Positions 1 to 9,574 of a stretch of 28,656 nucleotides of DNA are shown one piece after another. The position numbers and the translations under genes are program-made. The stretch lies in assembly GCA_964557725.1 (NCBI GenBank), contig CAZLBO010000001.1, positions 1-28,656 on the forward strand. Reading direction: 5' to 3'. Each line of letters opens with the position of its first letter. Position 1 is the stretch's first letter. This DNA comes from an uncultured Bifidobacteriales bacterium. GTDB taxonomy: Bacteria; Fibrobacterota; Fibrobacteria; UBA11236; JADFYW01. Under the pieces are notes generated by a model. It did no database searches. It was not told where the DNA came from and saw nothing but the letters and a program-made list of their open reading frames with translations.

Positions 1-405
1 GTAATATTAATTATTAAAGGGGTTTTTGTGGCTTTTCGCAGTAAAGTTAGAGCTCCTTTGTGTAAAACAAGGGGCTTCACGGCTTCTTTGATTTTTTTAC
101 CTGTTTACTCCATGTCAAATCTCGGAGAAGCACCTTTAGAATTCCATGAACCTAATAACATAAATACTTAAATTTCTTATCAAAACTTGCCACATCCCTC
201 TGCATTAGAAAGATTATTTTTCGTATTTTGATACTCCGTAACTGTAAAAAACACCACTCGCTTCACACAGATTGTATTATTTTCTTTCATGAAAGACACA
301 AAAACTTATTCTCATAGCCGCAAGTAATAGCATAATTATAAGTGGACGCTGTATGTCAGCCCTTCGAGATGGGAAGCTTAAAACATTAAATTAAGGTGCG
401 ACTAA

Positions 406-786
406 TTGAAAAGCATATATTATATATTCCTCCTTTCTCTTTTCTTTTCGAGCTGTAATACAAAAAATATTGAGCAAGTTAAGATTCTGGGCAACAAACA
501 ATTCTCTAAAAAACAATGGCTTACCGCAACTCAAGAAGAACGAGGCCAAATGACGTATTCGTTGTTAAAAGGTATTAACCTTAGCAATCTAACTCCAAAC
601 GATATCTTAGAATTACTTGGCAAACCAACTGCATATTATGAATACGACGAGTTTCCTGCATATATAATCGGAGAACAATCTATAGAAAGTGATTTAGAAC
701 ATAGCTACATATTAGCTTTTACTGTAAACCGCAAAACAAATAATATCGATCAATTTATTATCCACCCATGGCCTAGTAGTCATTAA
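406..786 (+). CDS. Small lipoprotein of unknown function
   Basis: TTG start; signal peptide with lipobox-like FSSC (Cys17); 'LTPNDILELLGKP' resembles the SmpA/OmlA-like 'V..LLG.P' motif. Confidence 0.8.
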   Translation: MKSIYYIFLLSLFFSSCNTKNIEQVKILGNKQFSKKQWLTATQEERGQMTYSLLKGINLSNLTPNDILELLGKPTAYYEYDEFPAYIIGEQSIESDLEHSYILAFTVNRKTNNIDQFIIHPWPSSH

Positions 787-1039
787 AACCAAAGAAACAA
801 CAAATTCACTTTACCATTTCAAGCTCATTCTTCACGGCTTCTTACAAATAATAAAATAAAAGAGAGCGGATCTTATGCCTTCCTTCGTCTTATAGATGAG
901 GACAAATTTAAAAAGGAGGCGAGTAAGTTAGGCGATTTTAGAAAAAGGTGAATCTCATTATTAACTCTATCACCCTTTGTAAACAGAGGTTTACCCCACG
1001 CTAAAATCAATAAACATGCTCCCTTCTTTTTAACCCCTC

Positions 1040-1315
1040 TTACTTCTTAAAAAACCGCCCTGGACCAATATCACGAATACTAGGGCTTGCAGCCTTTGTT
1101 CTTCTTCTCATATGCTCTCTGCGTTTATTGTTTTTATGAGGAAAAAGATGGCGGTGGACTTCGTCCTCTTTAAGCTCTTCCAAAAACTGTGAAGACTCAA
1201 TTTGTGAATTTTTTAAATCCCTATCCTTTTTATTCGCCCACAGCCTTAGCACAACAAAAAAGCCAATAATAGCAGCCACCGCAAACAATAATATAAAAGT
1301 GGGCCCTGTAAACAT
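1040..1315 (-). CDS. Small single-pass membrane protein, hypothetical
   Basis: GAGGA RBS before ATG; N-terminal hydrophobic helix (FILLFAVAAIIGFFVVL) followed by a basic tail. Confidence 0.75.
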   Translation of the reverse strand: MFTGPTFILLFAVAAIIGFFVVLRLWANKKDRDLKNSQIESSQFLEELKEDEVHRHLFPHKNNKRREHMRRRTKAASPSIRDIGPGRFFKK

Positions 1316-1341
1316 AATTCGTCCTCATTTAACCTTCTCTT

Positions 1342-1349
1342 CTAATATA
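1342..1349 (-). promoter_or_regulatory. Putative -10-like element TATATTAG
   Basis: Ends 27 nt before the ATG at 1315; same motif and spacing as in several other genes. Confidence 0.45.
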
Positions 1350-1407
1350 AACTTTGTTCTTAGCCCTCTCCCTTAATAAGAGTCTTTTCTCCAAGACTAA
1401 AGGGGGT

Positions 1408-1415
1408 TATATTTG
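1408..1415 (+). promoter_or_regulatory. Putative -10-like element TATATTTG
   Basis: Ends 27 nt before the ATG at 1442; divergent partner of the element at 1342-1349. Confidence 0.5.
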
Positions 1416-1441
1416 AAGCTGAAACTTGAAAGGGATAACAA

Positions 1442-3319
1442 ATGGAAAATGAAAAGCTTTTAAACCAAATTTTTGATCAAAGCATCAAAGCTGTTATTGG
1501 CTGGGAAAAAGAGAAAAGCCTCGGTGGATTAAAGTTACCCCGAGAATCTACCGTGCCACTCGAACAACACATAATTAATTTCTTTTCCCTTCTTGTAGAC
1601 CCAAGCAATGCAAAAAAAGAACACTCAAACCAAAAGCTAGCAGACCAGCTCCCTTCGCTCCGTCAAAGCTTTGTAAATTACTATAAGCAAAAACCACTCT
1701 CAGAACTCACTACCATTGAGTCAAACCTATGTGGAAACTCCACAACTGAGGAAAAAGCAAAGGCAGTTACTTCACTATTCTTGCCTGAAATATTAGAAAC
1801 GGATTCCGAAATTGTAGAAAAGTGGAAACTAAAAAACGTAACACCCAACCCACAACCAATCCAGTCTACAGAAGTGCTTCTTCAATTAAACGCCTTGTAT
1901 ACCTTTCCGCAAACCATTGATAACGACTTACCTAGTTCCTTAAAAGAAAAATGGGAAATTCTTAAAAAAAACCAAGACCCTAAGTTAGCGGATTACGATC
2001 ACCCTGTCCCTTTATTTGAAAAAGATGAAGACCACGAATTGATCAACTGCCTTAAGGAGCTTGATGGGGAAATTGCTTTTGAAAAAACACAAGGGATTAT
2101 TCCTCCAGACTATTTATTCCCCGTATTAATTTCCGTCTCTGTCACCCATCAACATCTCGACTTACTCTGTGGGGATTGGCTTGAATGGCTATTAAAAAAG
2201 TATCACTTTAAAAACTTAAAATGCTTTGTTCTCACCGAAAACAAAATAGAACTTATAAAAAGCTCTCTTCTTAAAAAGGACTTTGAAATTTATACCGTTT
2301 TAGGGAAATATGCAACTCATTTTAACGCTCTTAAATACTCTCAATTGTTATTTGAAAAAGCCTACCACCTACGCGCAGGTTTTAAACTTGATACGGATGA
2401 AGGTATACGTTCAAAAGACCTCTATACCGCCACAGGCAAAACATGGTTGCAAACCATGTGTCATGATTTATGGGGTGGAAAAGGAGAGAATAGCCGTGGA
2501 GAATCTTATTACCTAGGAGTGAATGAAGGCGAATATGTAAACAAAAAAGACATTGATGCTTTAGGCTTTGCCGGAGCCTTACGAACCCCCGATGTCAACA
2601 TTCCTTCTTCCTATTGCGGATCTGAAATTTTTTTCAATAAAGCTTTTGCCCACGGACGTTGTACCGCTCTTTACAATCAGTTTAATACTTTAGAAGAACA
2701 CATCTCCCACCCTGTCGTTAAAGGAGGAGGCTATGGAATCACCAATGATGGCTTGAGAAAAGCAGTACCCTTTACTTTATCAAAAGTAGGACGAGCCGAG
2801 GATCAACAGTTTTACTTCTGTAGCTTAGCAGGGGGTTGTCGTGGAATTTTTAACCCTGATTTGAGAATCGCCCATTACAAAAGTAGTGGGGGAGCGGTCG
2901 CACAGGCAGAAGAAAAAACAATTGCCACACGCTTTATTGGAGACATGTATCGACTCATTATTTTTTCCCACATTGTTGAACTATTGCCAGAAATGTATCA
3001 ACACAAAAACAAGCATAGTTTAAAGCGAGAAATTGACCCTATGCCAGGGGTTTTTGCCGGAAAGATGAGCACTCTACAAGCTTTTTTAAATTTACATTAT
3101 AAGGCTTATCATTTTTGTACTCAAGGTAAACAGCACTTAGCCCAAACCCTTCTTACCGATGGCATTAACGAATTACTTCAATTAATAAATGAAATTGAAA
3201 ATGGGACAATTAAACAGGCCCTTTTTAAGGAATCAAAAACCTGGAAGGAATTTATTCAAACCGTAGAAGAGCTAAATGAACCTGACGTTCGCAAAACCTT
3301 AGACACTTTTGCCATCTAA
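1442..3319 (+). CDS. Cytoplasmic hypothetical protein, possible GT-A-fold glycosyltransferase-like
   Basis: 625 aa ORF with AGGGA RBS and no signal peptide; DxD-like 'GFKLDTDE' and downstream 'GRAEDQ' motifs. The function is inference only. Confidence 0.8.
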   Translation: MENEKLLNQIFDQSIKAVIGWEKEKSLGGLKLPRESTVPLEQHIINFFSLLVDPSNAKKEHSNQKLADQLPSLRQSFVNYYKQKPLSELTTIESNLCGNSTTEEKAKAVTSLFLPEILETDSEIVEKWKLKNVTPNPQPIQSTEVLLQLNALYTFPQTIDNDLPSSLKEKWEILKKNQDPKLADYDHPVPLFEKDEDHELINCLKELDGEIAFEKTQGIIPPDYLFPVLISVSVTHQHLDLLCGDWLEWLLKKYHFKNLKCFVLTENKIELIKSSLLKKDFEIYTVLGKYATHFNALKYSQLLFEKAYHLRAGFKLDTDEGIRSKDLYTATGKTWLQTMCHDLWGGKGENSRGESYYLGVNEGEYVNKKDIDALGFAGALRTPDVNIPSSYCGSEIFFNKAFAHGRCTALYNQFNTLEEHISHPVVKGGGYGITNDGLRKAVPFTLSKVGRAEDQQFYFCSLAGGCRGIFNPDLRIAHYKSSGGAVAQAEEKTIATRFIGDMYRLIIFSHIVELLPEMYQHKNKHSLKREIDPMPGVFAGKMSTLQAFLNLHYKAYHFCTQGKQHLAQTLLTDGINELLQLINEIENGTIKQALFKESKTWKEFIQTVEELNEPDVRKTLDTFAI

Positions 3320-3320
3320 G

Positions 3321-4199
3321 CTAAGGAGCTACCGTCCAATAAGTTTTAGACGGTATTTTAGGATAAAAAACAATACGATTTTCTTCCAACCAAGGCTTAT
3401 GATGATACTCTGCCCAAAGTTCATGGTTCTTCGCAAAGCCATAGCCTCCATTAAAATCGTACTTCACATAGGTTATCTTCCATTCCTTAGAACTGAGCTT
3501 ATGTGAAACTTTAAACTTATTTTGAATGATTCGCGTAATACCCACCACATCGGCTATTTGTTTTTCTGGTAAATCATCTAAAGTCACCCAAAATCGAGAG
3601 GCCACTTCTTCATAACCTAACACTCTAAAATTTTTGGAAGTGTTTACATAATAAGAGCCCTTCTGTAACAGTGGAAAGCTCCCTTCTATCGATTTTATAG
3701 CAATGCGGTTTTGCTTATTATCCCAATAAAATTGATTGATAAACCGCTCCCAAAACTTTTGCCATCTTAATTTTATTTTTTTCCGTCCATACTTTTTTAT
3801 GTAAGCCCTCAATAGCAACTCATTATGGTGGGTTTGCTGATTATTAAGACTTAAAAATTGTTGAAAGGTATAACCTGGAACGCTAGAGCTTTGCAGTGTG
3901 CTGTCTGAAAACAAATGACAAAGGGTCACTAAGGCTATATCCCCAATATACACCTCTTTCCATCCACTAATAATAGGCTTGCGAATAATTTGCGGATTAT
4001 CCAAGTTTTTAATAAGGTAGGACAAGGCTTCTGTTAAATTATTTTTAGTCTCAAGCAAATTAAATTTATTCACACGCGAACTATCTTGAATCCTCGATTC
4101 AAATGATAAATTTTGAATGGTCAGAAAGTTAACCGGTACCACTTCTGAAAAGAGAAGAGAGGAAAAACAAATGAAGGATATAAACAGCTTATTTATCAT
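3321..4199 (-). CDS. Secreted hypothetical protein
   Basis: 292 aa ORF with signal peptide (MINKLFISFICFSSLLFS); tail-to-tail with the preceding gene, 1 nt gap. Confidence 0.8.
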   Translation of the reverse strand: MINKLFISFICFSSLLFSEVVPVNFLTIQNLSFESRIQDSSRVNKFNLLETKNNLTEALSYLIKNLDNPQIIRKPIISGWKEVYIGDIALVTLCHLFSDSTLQSSSVPGYTFQQFLSLNNQQTHHNELLLRAYIKKYGRKKIKLRWQKFWERFINQFYWDNKQNRIAIKSIEGSFPLLQKGSYYVNTSKNFRVLGYEEVASRFWVTLDDLPEKQIADVVGITRIIQNKFKVSHKLSSKEWKITYVKYDFNGGYGFAKNHELWAEYHHKPWLEENRIVFYPKIPSKTYWTVAP

Positions 4200-4209
4200 A
4201 ATGAAAATT

Positions 4210-4244
4210 AAAAAAAGCCCTTTGACAAAAAATCAAAGGGCTTT
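4210..4244 (-). terminator. Intrinsic terminator after the beta-propeller gene
   Basis: Perfect 12-bp stem AAAGCCCTTTGA/TCAAAGGGCTTT, 7-nt loop, followed by a T-run on the minus strand. Confidence 0.85.
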
Positions 4245-4263
4245 AAAAGTGACTCTTAGTTAA

Positions 4264-6057
4264 TTAGAAAAATACCTTTTGAACAAAAGACTTATTCCCT
4301 TGCTTCACTTGAAGAAGGTAAACTCCTGCTTGACTCACAGGCCGTTGAATATAAATCGTTTCAGGACCATTCCCTGTTTTTTTATTTAATGTTCTTCCCA
4401 TTAAATTCTTTATCTCAACCGTATAAGCTCCGCCCTCAATAGTAGTCACAGCCAACTGCTGGCTCCCCACCTCTAAGCGAACACTCGTTTTATACCGCAA
4501 CATTTTAGATTGAATGGGAACGATACTAAAAGAACTTTCCGATTGACTTGTCATTGTATACCATACTTCATCATTCCAAGGAGCCTTGCTCGTCGCAGAC
4601 TTTACTCCATTCAATTTAACGTAAGTTACATATCCCTCTTTTTTATTTAGATCTGGATGAACATGATCACTCCTGTCTTTTAATCCATCAATTTGTATAA
4701 ACACTCTTTTTTTATCTGTTGAAATTAGAGTAGCAGTAACCGTTTTTAATGAGTCTTTTTCTGGTCGTCTTATCTGTCCATACCCTGACATTCGAATGTA
4801 AGTGAACTGCTTAACATAAAAATTTGCATTTAAAATAGTAGCGGGATCAACGGGTTGTGTAAATCGAATTTCCAATCCCCCTTTGCGCGAATGTACCGAA
4901 GCCATTTCAAATTCAGGCACTCCACTTTCTTTTAATCTATAAATTGGAAATCGAGCTCTTTTGCTTGGCCAGTTTCCCATCCGTCCCACATTTCCTATAT
5001 AAAGCGCACTATCGGCGCCCCAAACCAAGCGGTTAACTGCACCACTATCTGCCCCTGCCACTGGGCCAGCAGAAAAAGGAAAAATAGCCCCTTGATATTT
5101 ACCCTTAACAGCATCTAATGACATTCTCATCAATCCAAAATGCGTGACATCCCCAAATAACCAATCGCCCTCAAAGGTTCCATGTGGAATGTATACAGGT
5201 TCAGAAGGAGAAAGGCCAATCGTTCGTTGAGGTATCCATGCTGTAGGAGGTTCGTAAGTCCATTTGTCAATCGCTCGTTCAGGCTTGTGACGATGCCCAC
5301 TTGACTTCCCCGCTTTAATGTGTGAAACCGTTGAAGCAGGAAGCCAGCTCCCTTCATTATCTATCACAAAAATATCTCCCATCGGGCTCATGCCTGCTCC
5401 ATTAGGAGAACGCAAGCCACTCCCTAAAGCACTTAGGTTTTGACCATCTTTATCAAAAGACAAAAAGGCTCCTGATAAAGGGGAACTACCTGTATCTTGT
5501 GAAGCCCCACCCATACTTACTGTCCCCGACCAAGGAACATAAAACTTATTGTCGCGATACATGGGAGTAAAAGCCCATTGATGCCAATGAGGAGCTCCTG
5601 GCCAACCCACTATTTTCACTCGACTATCAATTACATCGTCCTTATTACTATCAACAAGCTTGTAAAAGCCATCTCTATCGGCTACATAAATAACACCTTC
5701 AACCACAACCACACCCGAAAGCCCCAAAAATGCATCCGCAATTTTTATAACTGTACGCCCAGCTGCAGGACCACTAACTCCGCCCATTATGTACAACTCC
5801 GAATAGTCTGGCTTTGCCACAGGATCGGCCAAAACAACTCCGCCCCTTGCTAAATCTTCAGAAGTCGCAACTAACAGTCGCCCATCTGGCAAAAAGGCTA
5901 ACCCCATCACAAAGGGTAAAAAATCGGCGTTATTGTACTTCGCATCCACTGCCGTCATTGTGAAATTAGGGTGTACTTGATTAGGGATGGCCTGGATTTT
6001 AGTTTCTAATCCCAAAAAAGCCAATAATATTAATGCATTAAAAAAAGTCTGTCTCAC
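4264..6057 (-). CDS. Secreted beta-propeller protein (glucose/sorbosone dehydrogenase-like) with T9SS-like C-terminal domain
   Basis: GTG start with AAGGAG RBS; signal peptide; propeller motifs 'MGLAFLPDGRLLVAT', 'GLRSPNG', 'DNEGSW', 'AVNRLVWGADSALYIG'; C-terminal 'YTVEIKNLMGR...AGVYLLQVKQGNKSFVQKVFF'. Confidence 0.8.
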   Translation of the reverse strand: MRQTFFNALILLAFLGLETKIQAIPNQVHPNFTMTAVDAKYNNADFLPFVMGLAFLPDGRLLVATSEDLARGGVVLADPVAKPDYSELYIMGGVSGPAAGRTVIKIADAFLGLSGVVVVEGVIYVADRDGFYKLVDSNKDDVIDSRVKIVGWPGAPHWHQWAFTPMYRDNKFYVPWSGTVSMGGASQDTGSSPLSGAFLSFDKDGQNLSALGSGLRSPNGAGMSPMGDIFVIDNEGSWLPASTVSHIKAGKSSGHRHKPERAIDKWTYEPPTAWIPQRTIGLSPSEPVYIPHGTFEGDWLFGDVTHFGLMRMSLDAVKGKYQGAIFPFSAGPVAGADSGAVNRLVWGADSALYIGNVGRMGNWPSKRARFPIYRLKESGVPEFEMASVHSRKGGLEIRFTQPVDPATILNANFYVKQFTYIRMSGYGQIRRPEKDSLKTVTATLISTDKKRVFIQIDGLKDRSDHVHPDLNKKEGYVTYVKLNGVKSATSKAPWNDEVWYTMTSQSESSFSIVPIQSKMLRYKTSVRLEVGSQQLAVTTIEGGAYTVEIKNLMGRTLNKKTGNGPETIYIQRPVSQAGVYLLQVKQGNKSFVQKVFF

Positions 6058-6085
6058 ATTCTGCTCCTTAAGTCGTCTTAAGTTA

Positions 6086-6093
6086 TAAATATA
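6086..6093 (-). promoter_or_regulatory. Putative -10-like element TATATTTA
   Basis: Ends 29 nt before the GTG at 6057. Confidence 0.45.
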
Positions 6094-6179
6094 GGGCTGA
6101 AGGCAAAAAATTACAATAGAAATAAACCATTTCGCAAACCTTATCCACTTTTTTTAACTGCCTTATTAAAATAATTTAA

Positions 6180-6244
6180 TGACACCTAGCATTAATTGTC
6201 AGAATATGTCACCCCAAACAATGACAATTAAATTCCTTTTGTCA
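6180..6244. promoter_or_regulatory. Cluster of TGTCA/TGACA motifs, candidate upstream activator site for amtB
   Basis: Pentamers at 6180, 6197, 6207, 6222 and 6240; includes a perfect 9-bp inverted repeat TAATTGTCA-N20-TGACAATTA (6193-6230); lies about 50-115 nt upstream of the sigma-54 promoter. Confidence 0.5.
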
Positions 6245-6295
6245 CATCAATCACCCACCTCTTAACAAAAACGAATAAAACCTCAACTTCAACTT

Positions 6296-6311
6296 TGGTA
6301 TGCACTTTGCT
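6296..6311 (+). promoter_or_regulatory. Sigma-54 (-24/-12) promoter of amtB
   Basis: TGGTATG-CACT-TTGCT matches TGGCACG-N4-TTGCW, with GG and GC separated by exactly 10 nt. Confidence 0.8.
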
Positions 6312-6395
6312 AAAAAGCCTTTTGAGAAGGGCGCCTTATTTTAAGAGAGGCAATCAAGATTTTACCAAGATTATTTACTGAAGAGAGGAAAGAAG

Positions 6396-7715
6396 ATGAA
6401 AGGAACTAAGTTTAATATTAAAAAAAGCGCATTGTTTGTCGCAATACTGCTATTCCCTGCACTTGCTATGGCAGAGGGAGAGGTCTCCGCAGGAGTCTTT
6501 ACCGCAAACAACCTTTGGATGATGCTTTGTGCCGCTCTCGTGTTTATCATGCACTTGGGTTTTGCCACTTTAGAGACAGGACTTACGCAATCAAAGAACA
6601 CCATTAATATTCTTTTTAAAAATGTATTTATCGTCTGTGTGGGCTTACTTTCCTACGCTTATATTGGTTTCAACTTAATGTACCCAAGTGAATGGCTTAT
6701 CGAAGGTGTTCTTAGTGCGAGCTGGGGTCCAGCCATGACAGATGCCGCAGGACAAACCCAAGCGTATAACACAGGTTACACTTACTGGACAGACTTCCTT
6801 TTTCAGGGCATGTTTGCCGCTACGGCAGCCACTATTGTTTCTGGTGCCGTTGCAGAACGCATTAAACTAAGTGCTTTTATGATTTTTACTGTCATTTATG
6901 TGACTTTTATTTACCCATGGGTTGGTTCTTGGAAGTGGGGCGCAGGGTGGTTAGATGCTAAAGGCTTTTATGACTTTGCGGGATCAACACTTGTGCATTC
7001 TGTAGGTGGATGGGCAGCTCTTGCAGGAGTTATCGTACTTGGACCTCGTTTAGGGAAGTATGTCAAAGGACAAATTCGACCCATTCCTGGTCACTCATTA
7101 CCACTAGCTACTATCGGCGTTTTCCTCCTTTGGTTAGGTTGGTTTGGATTTAATGGCGGATCTGTTTTAAGTGCCGATCCTGCTGCTGTTTCTTTGACTT
7201 TAATGACCACTTGTATTGCTGCTGCCGCTGGAGGACTTGGTGCAATTATCGCTTCTTGGTTCACCAGTAAAAAACCTGACTTATCTATGGCCTTAAACGG
7301 AATTTTAGCGGGACTCGTAGGGATTACTGCTGGTGCAGACCAAATGGGGCTACATAGCTCTGTTATTATTGGACTTATTGCCGGTGCCTTAGTTGTTTTT
7401 GCTGTTATCGCTATCGATAAGATGAAGCTCGATGACCCTGTAGGAGCCATCTCTGTTCACTTAGTTTGTGGAATCTGGGGAACTCTAGCTGTTGGCCTTT
7501 TTGGAGCAAAAGCGGGTATTGGTCAATTAGGTGTACAGCTTCTAGGTATTTTAGCTTACGGAGTCACCTGCTTTATTAGTGCCTTTTTAATCTTCTTTAT
7601 TTTAAATAAAATAATGGGTATCCGAGTTTCCGAAGAAGAAGAACGAGAGGGTTTAGATTACGCCGAACACGGAATGGCCGCTTATTCAGACTTTGTGACG
7701 AGTAGAACACACTAG
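6396..7715 (+). CDS. amtB: Ammonium transporter (Amt family)
   Basis: Cleavable signal peptide; 'GFATLETG', 'FQGMFAATAATIVSGAVAER', 'YDFAGSTLVH', 'WFGFNGGS', 'DDPVGAISVH'; both pore histidines present. Confidence 0.97.
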   Translation: MKGTKFNIKKSALFVAILLFPALAMAEGEVSAGVFTANNLWMMLCAALVFIMHLGFATLETGLTQSKNTINILFKNVFIVCVGLLSYAYIGFNLMYPSEWLIEGVLSASWGPAMTDAAGQTQAYNTGYTYWTDFLFQGMFAATAATIVSGAVAERIKLSAFMIFTVIYVTFIYPWVGSWKWGAGWLDAKGFYDFAGSTLVHSVGGWAALAGVIVLGPRLGKYVKGQIRPIPGHSLPLATIGVFLLWLGWFGFNGGSVLSADPAAVSLTLMTTCIAAAAGGLGAIIASWFTSKKPDLSMALNGILAGLVGITAGADQMGLHSSVIIGLIAGALVVFAVIAIDKMKLDDPVGAISVHLVCGIWGTLAVGLFGAKAGIGQLGVQLLGILAYGVTCFISAFLIFFILNKIMGIRVSEEEEREGLDYAEHGMAAYSDFVTSRTH

Positions 7716-7729
7716 CCTTATTTTATCAT

Positions 7730-7767
7730 AAAAAAAGCCTTTCTTAGTTTTAAGAAAGGCTTTTTTT
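7730..7767 (+). terminator. Intrinsic terminator after amtB, potentially bidirectional
   Basis: Perfect inverted repeat AAAAAAAGCCTTTCTTA-GTTT-TAAGAAAGGCTTTTTTT. Confidence 0.92.
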
Positions 7768-7925
7768 GTGCTCTCATTTAATTTCGCCCCTTATTTAAAT
7801 AGCCTTAATCAATACTTCTCTCAAAAGAAGCCGTAAAACTAAAACCCTACCAAACTAAAACTTATTAGTTTAACTCTTAATAACTTAAAGTTAGTGTTAG
7901 TATTAAACAGAGAACAGATTAAATA

Positions 7926-9278
7926 ATGGCTACAAAAAAAAAGAAAAAAAACCGTACAAAAAAGAGACGTAAATCGCCAATTATTATTGCTGTATTACTT
8001 TTTCTATTAGGCATCTTTTTTCTTTTATTCCAAGTTAAAATTCCTGTCACAAACCAAGCGCTTCACCTACTAGAAAAAGCTTCTCATGGAGCATTGGATA
8101 GACTCTCATTCAAGGCCAAAACAATTGTTTTAGATTTAAAAGGTCAAGTCACCCTAACAGAAGTTAGCCTTCTCGGGCCAGAAGCCATCAACATCGATAA
8201 GCTTGTAGTAAGCCTCTCCCTCACAGACTGGCTACTTGGCAAACAAAGCATTAGCTCTATCAATATTCACAGCCTTAACATTGACTACGACCAGTTGGCA
8301 TCTTTTAATGAGGCTATAAAAAATGAACTACAAAGTACCAAAGAACTACAAAGTTATTTTTCCCAATTCAGTACATACATACACCAAGTAACAGTCACAC
8401 AAAACAACAAAAAAGACACACTCCAACTCAGGGAAACACGCACTTACCTTACTACTAAAGGAGAATTAACCGCTTCTGTAAACATTAAACAACTAAGGTC
8501 AAACAAGTACCCAAAAGTTGAAAACTTATATTTTGAGGTTGTAAAAAAGGATAGCTTAGTAGAAGTACAAAAGCTAAAAGCGACTCTTCTTAAAGCAAAA
8601 ATTGAAGGCAACATCAAAACAAAAGACTACAATCAGGTAAGGGGGTTTTTCAAATTCAATGGCTTTAATTTACACCAATTTTCAAAAGATAGACTTCCAG
8701 ACTTAATGACAATAAAGGGAAAGGCATCCGGAAGCGTCATTTGGAGCGGAGCCCTTAACAATCCTCTTTCCTTTAATGCTGATGGTCATCTATTATTAGA
8801 GGACCTCTTTTTCTCCAACTTACCTATTCAAAAGGGCATGGTTATTTCAAGCTATATGCCTTCTATGAAGGAGCTAAGTTTTGACAATGTCACCATACCC
8901 CAATTCAAACTACGCCATGGTCGTTTGATTTTAGACTCTATTAAAGCCTTTGGCACCCCTCTCTCTTTTACTGCAAAAGGAAGGATCAAGCTCCCCCTCA
9001 AAACGATTAACAAACAAACGACTCTTTCGCTTTTTATGCAAAAAAGCCCTCTCACCTTAGACCTTACAGGCTCATTAGATGAAGACTTTTATCGCTCTTT
9101 AACTGGAATTGTAAAAGACGGGCTTTATCGTGATAAAGAGAAAAAGCCAACTTTTAAGTGCCAAATTAATGGGAATTTACAAAAACAGTCTATTTCCCTA
9201 GAGAAAGTAGTCCCCCGAGTGCTCAAGACCATGTCCAGAAGGTTTGGGCGAACTCTCAAAGGCATCTTTGGCAAATAA
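7926..9278 (+). CDS. AsmA-like family protein (inner-membrane anchored, periplasmic beta-rich)
   Basis: Highly basic N-terminus, a single TM helix, then alternating beta-strand patterns typical of AsmA-like/GspN-like bridges. Confidence 0.65.
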   Translation: MATKKKKKNRTKKRRKSPIIIAVLLFLLGIFFLLFQVKIPVTNQALHLLEKASHGALDRLSFKAKTIVLDLKGQVTLTEVSLLGPEAINIDKLVVSLSLTDWLLGKQSISSINIHSLNIDYDQLASFNEAIKNELQSTKELQSYFSQFSTYIHQVTVTQNNKKDTLQLRETRTYLTTKGELTASVNIKQLRSNKYPKVENLYFEVVKKDSLVEVQKLKATLLKAKIEGNIKTKDYNQVRGFFKFNGFNLHQFSKDRLPDLMTIKGKASGSVIWSGALNNPLSFNADGHLLLEDLFFSNLPIQKGMVISSYMPSMKELSFDNVTIPQFKLRHGRLILDSIKAFGTPLSFTAKGRIKLPLKTINKQTTLSLFMQKSPLTLDLTGSLDEDFYRSLTGIVKDGLYRDKEKKPTFKCQINGNLQKQSISLEKVVPRVLKTMSRRFGRTLKGIFGK

Positions 9279-9394
9279 AAAAAAGACTCATCTTTTTTTC
9301 AATTACTCCGATATAAATTAAAGCATGGTTTATTAGGCTCCGTTTTAATTAATCATGGTCGTCGCTACAAAAAGCATTGTACAATAGAGGTCTT

Positions 9395-9574
9395 ATGATA
9401 AATTACAACAAAAAAGAAAGTCATTTTCAAAGTGTTTCCCACATTGGAAATGGACTTGAAGAGTTACCTTGGGAGCTTAAAACCCAAAACATTCACCCCA
9501 AACATGTCTCAGCAGACTCAAAAGGTGTGCTGAAACGACTACAGGATGTCATAAAAAGTATTTACAAAAACTAA
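9395..9574 (+). CDS. Small hypothetical protein (59 aa)
   Basis: ATG at 9395, in frame with track ORF 9377..9574 and preceded by AGAGGT RBS; no recognisable domain. Confidence 0.45.
   Translation: MINYNKKESHFQSVSHIGNGLEELPWELKTQNIHPKHVSADSKGVLKRLQDVIKSIYKN

Noticed and set aside
1-80. Possible minus-strand ORF from GTG at 80 running off the left edge (MKPLVLHKGALTLLRKATKTPLIINI)
   Set aside because: Only 26 codons visible, no convincing RBS and no recognisable motif
289-394. ATG at 289 plus a +1 frame reading KTQKLILIAASNSIIISGRC, resembling a broken signal peptide
   Set aside because: Too short and needs an assumed frameshift; cannot be supported as a pseudogene without homologues
787-951. 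Stop-free 54-codon continuation in frame after the lipoprotein stop (possible read-through or remnant)
   Set aside because: No start codon or RBS, TAA is a poor read-through codon, and this length can occur by chance
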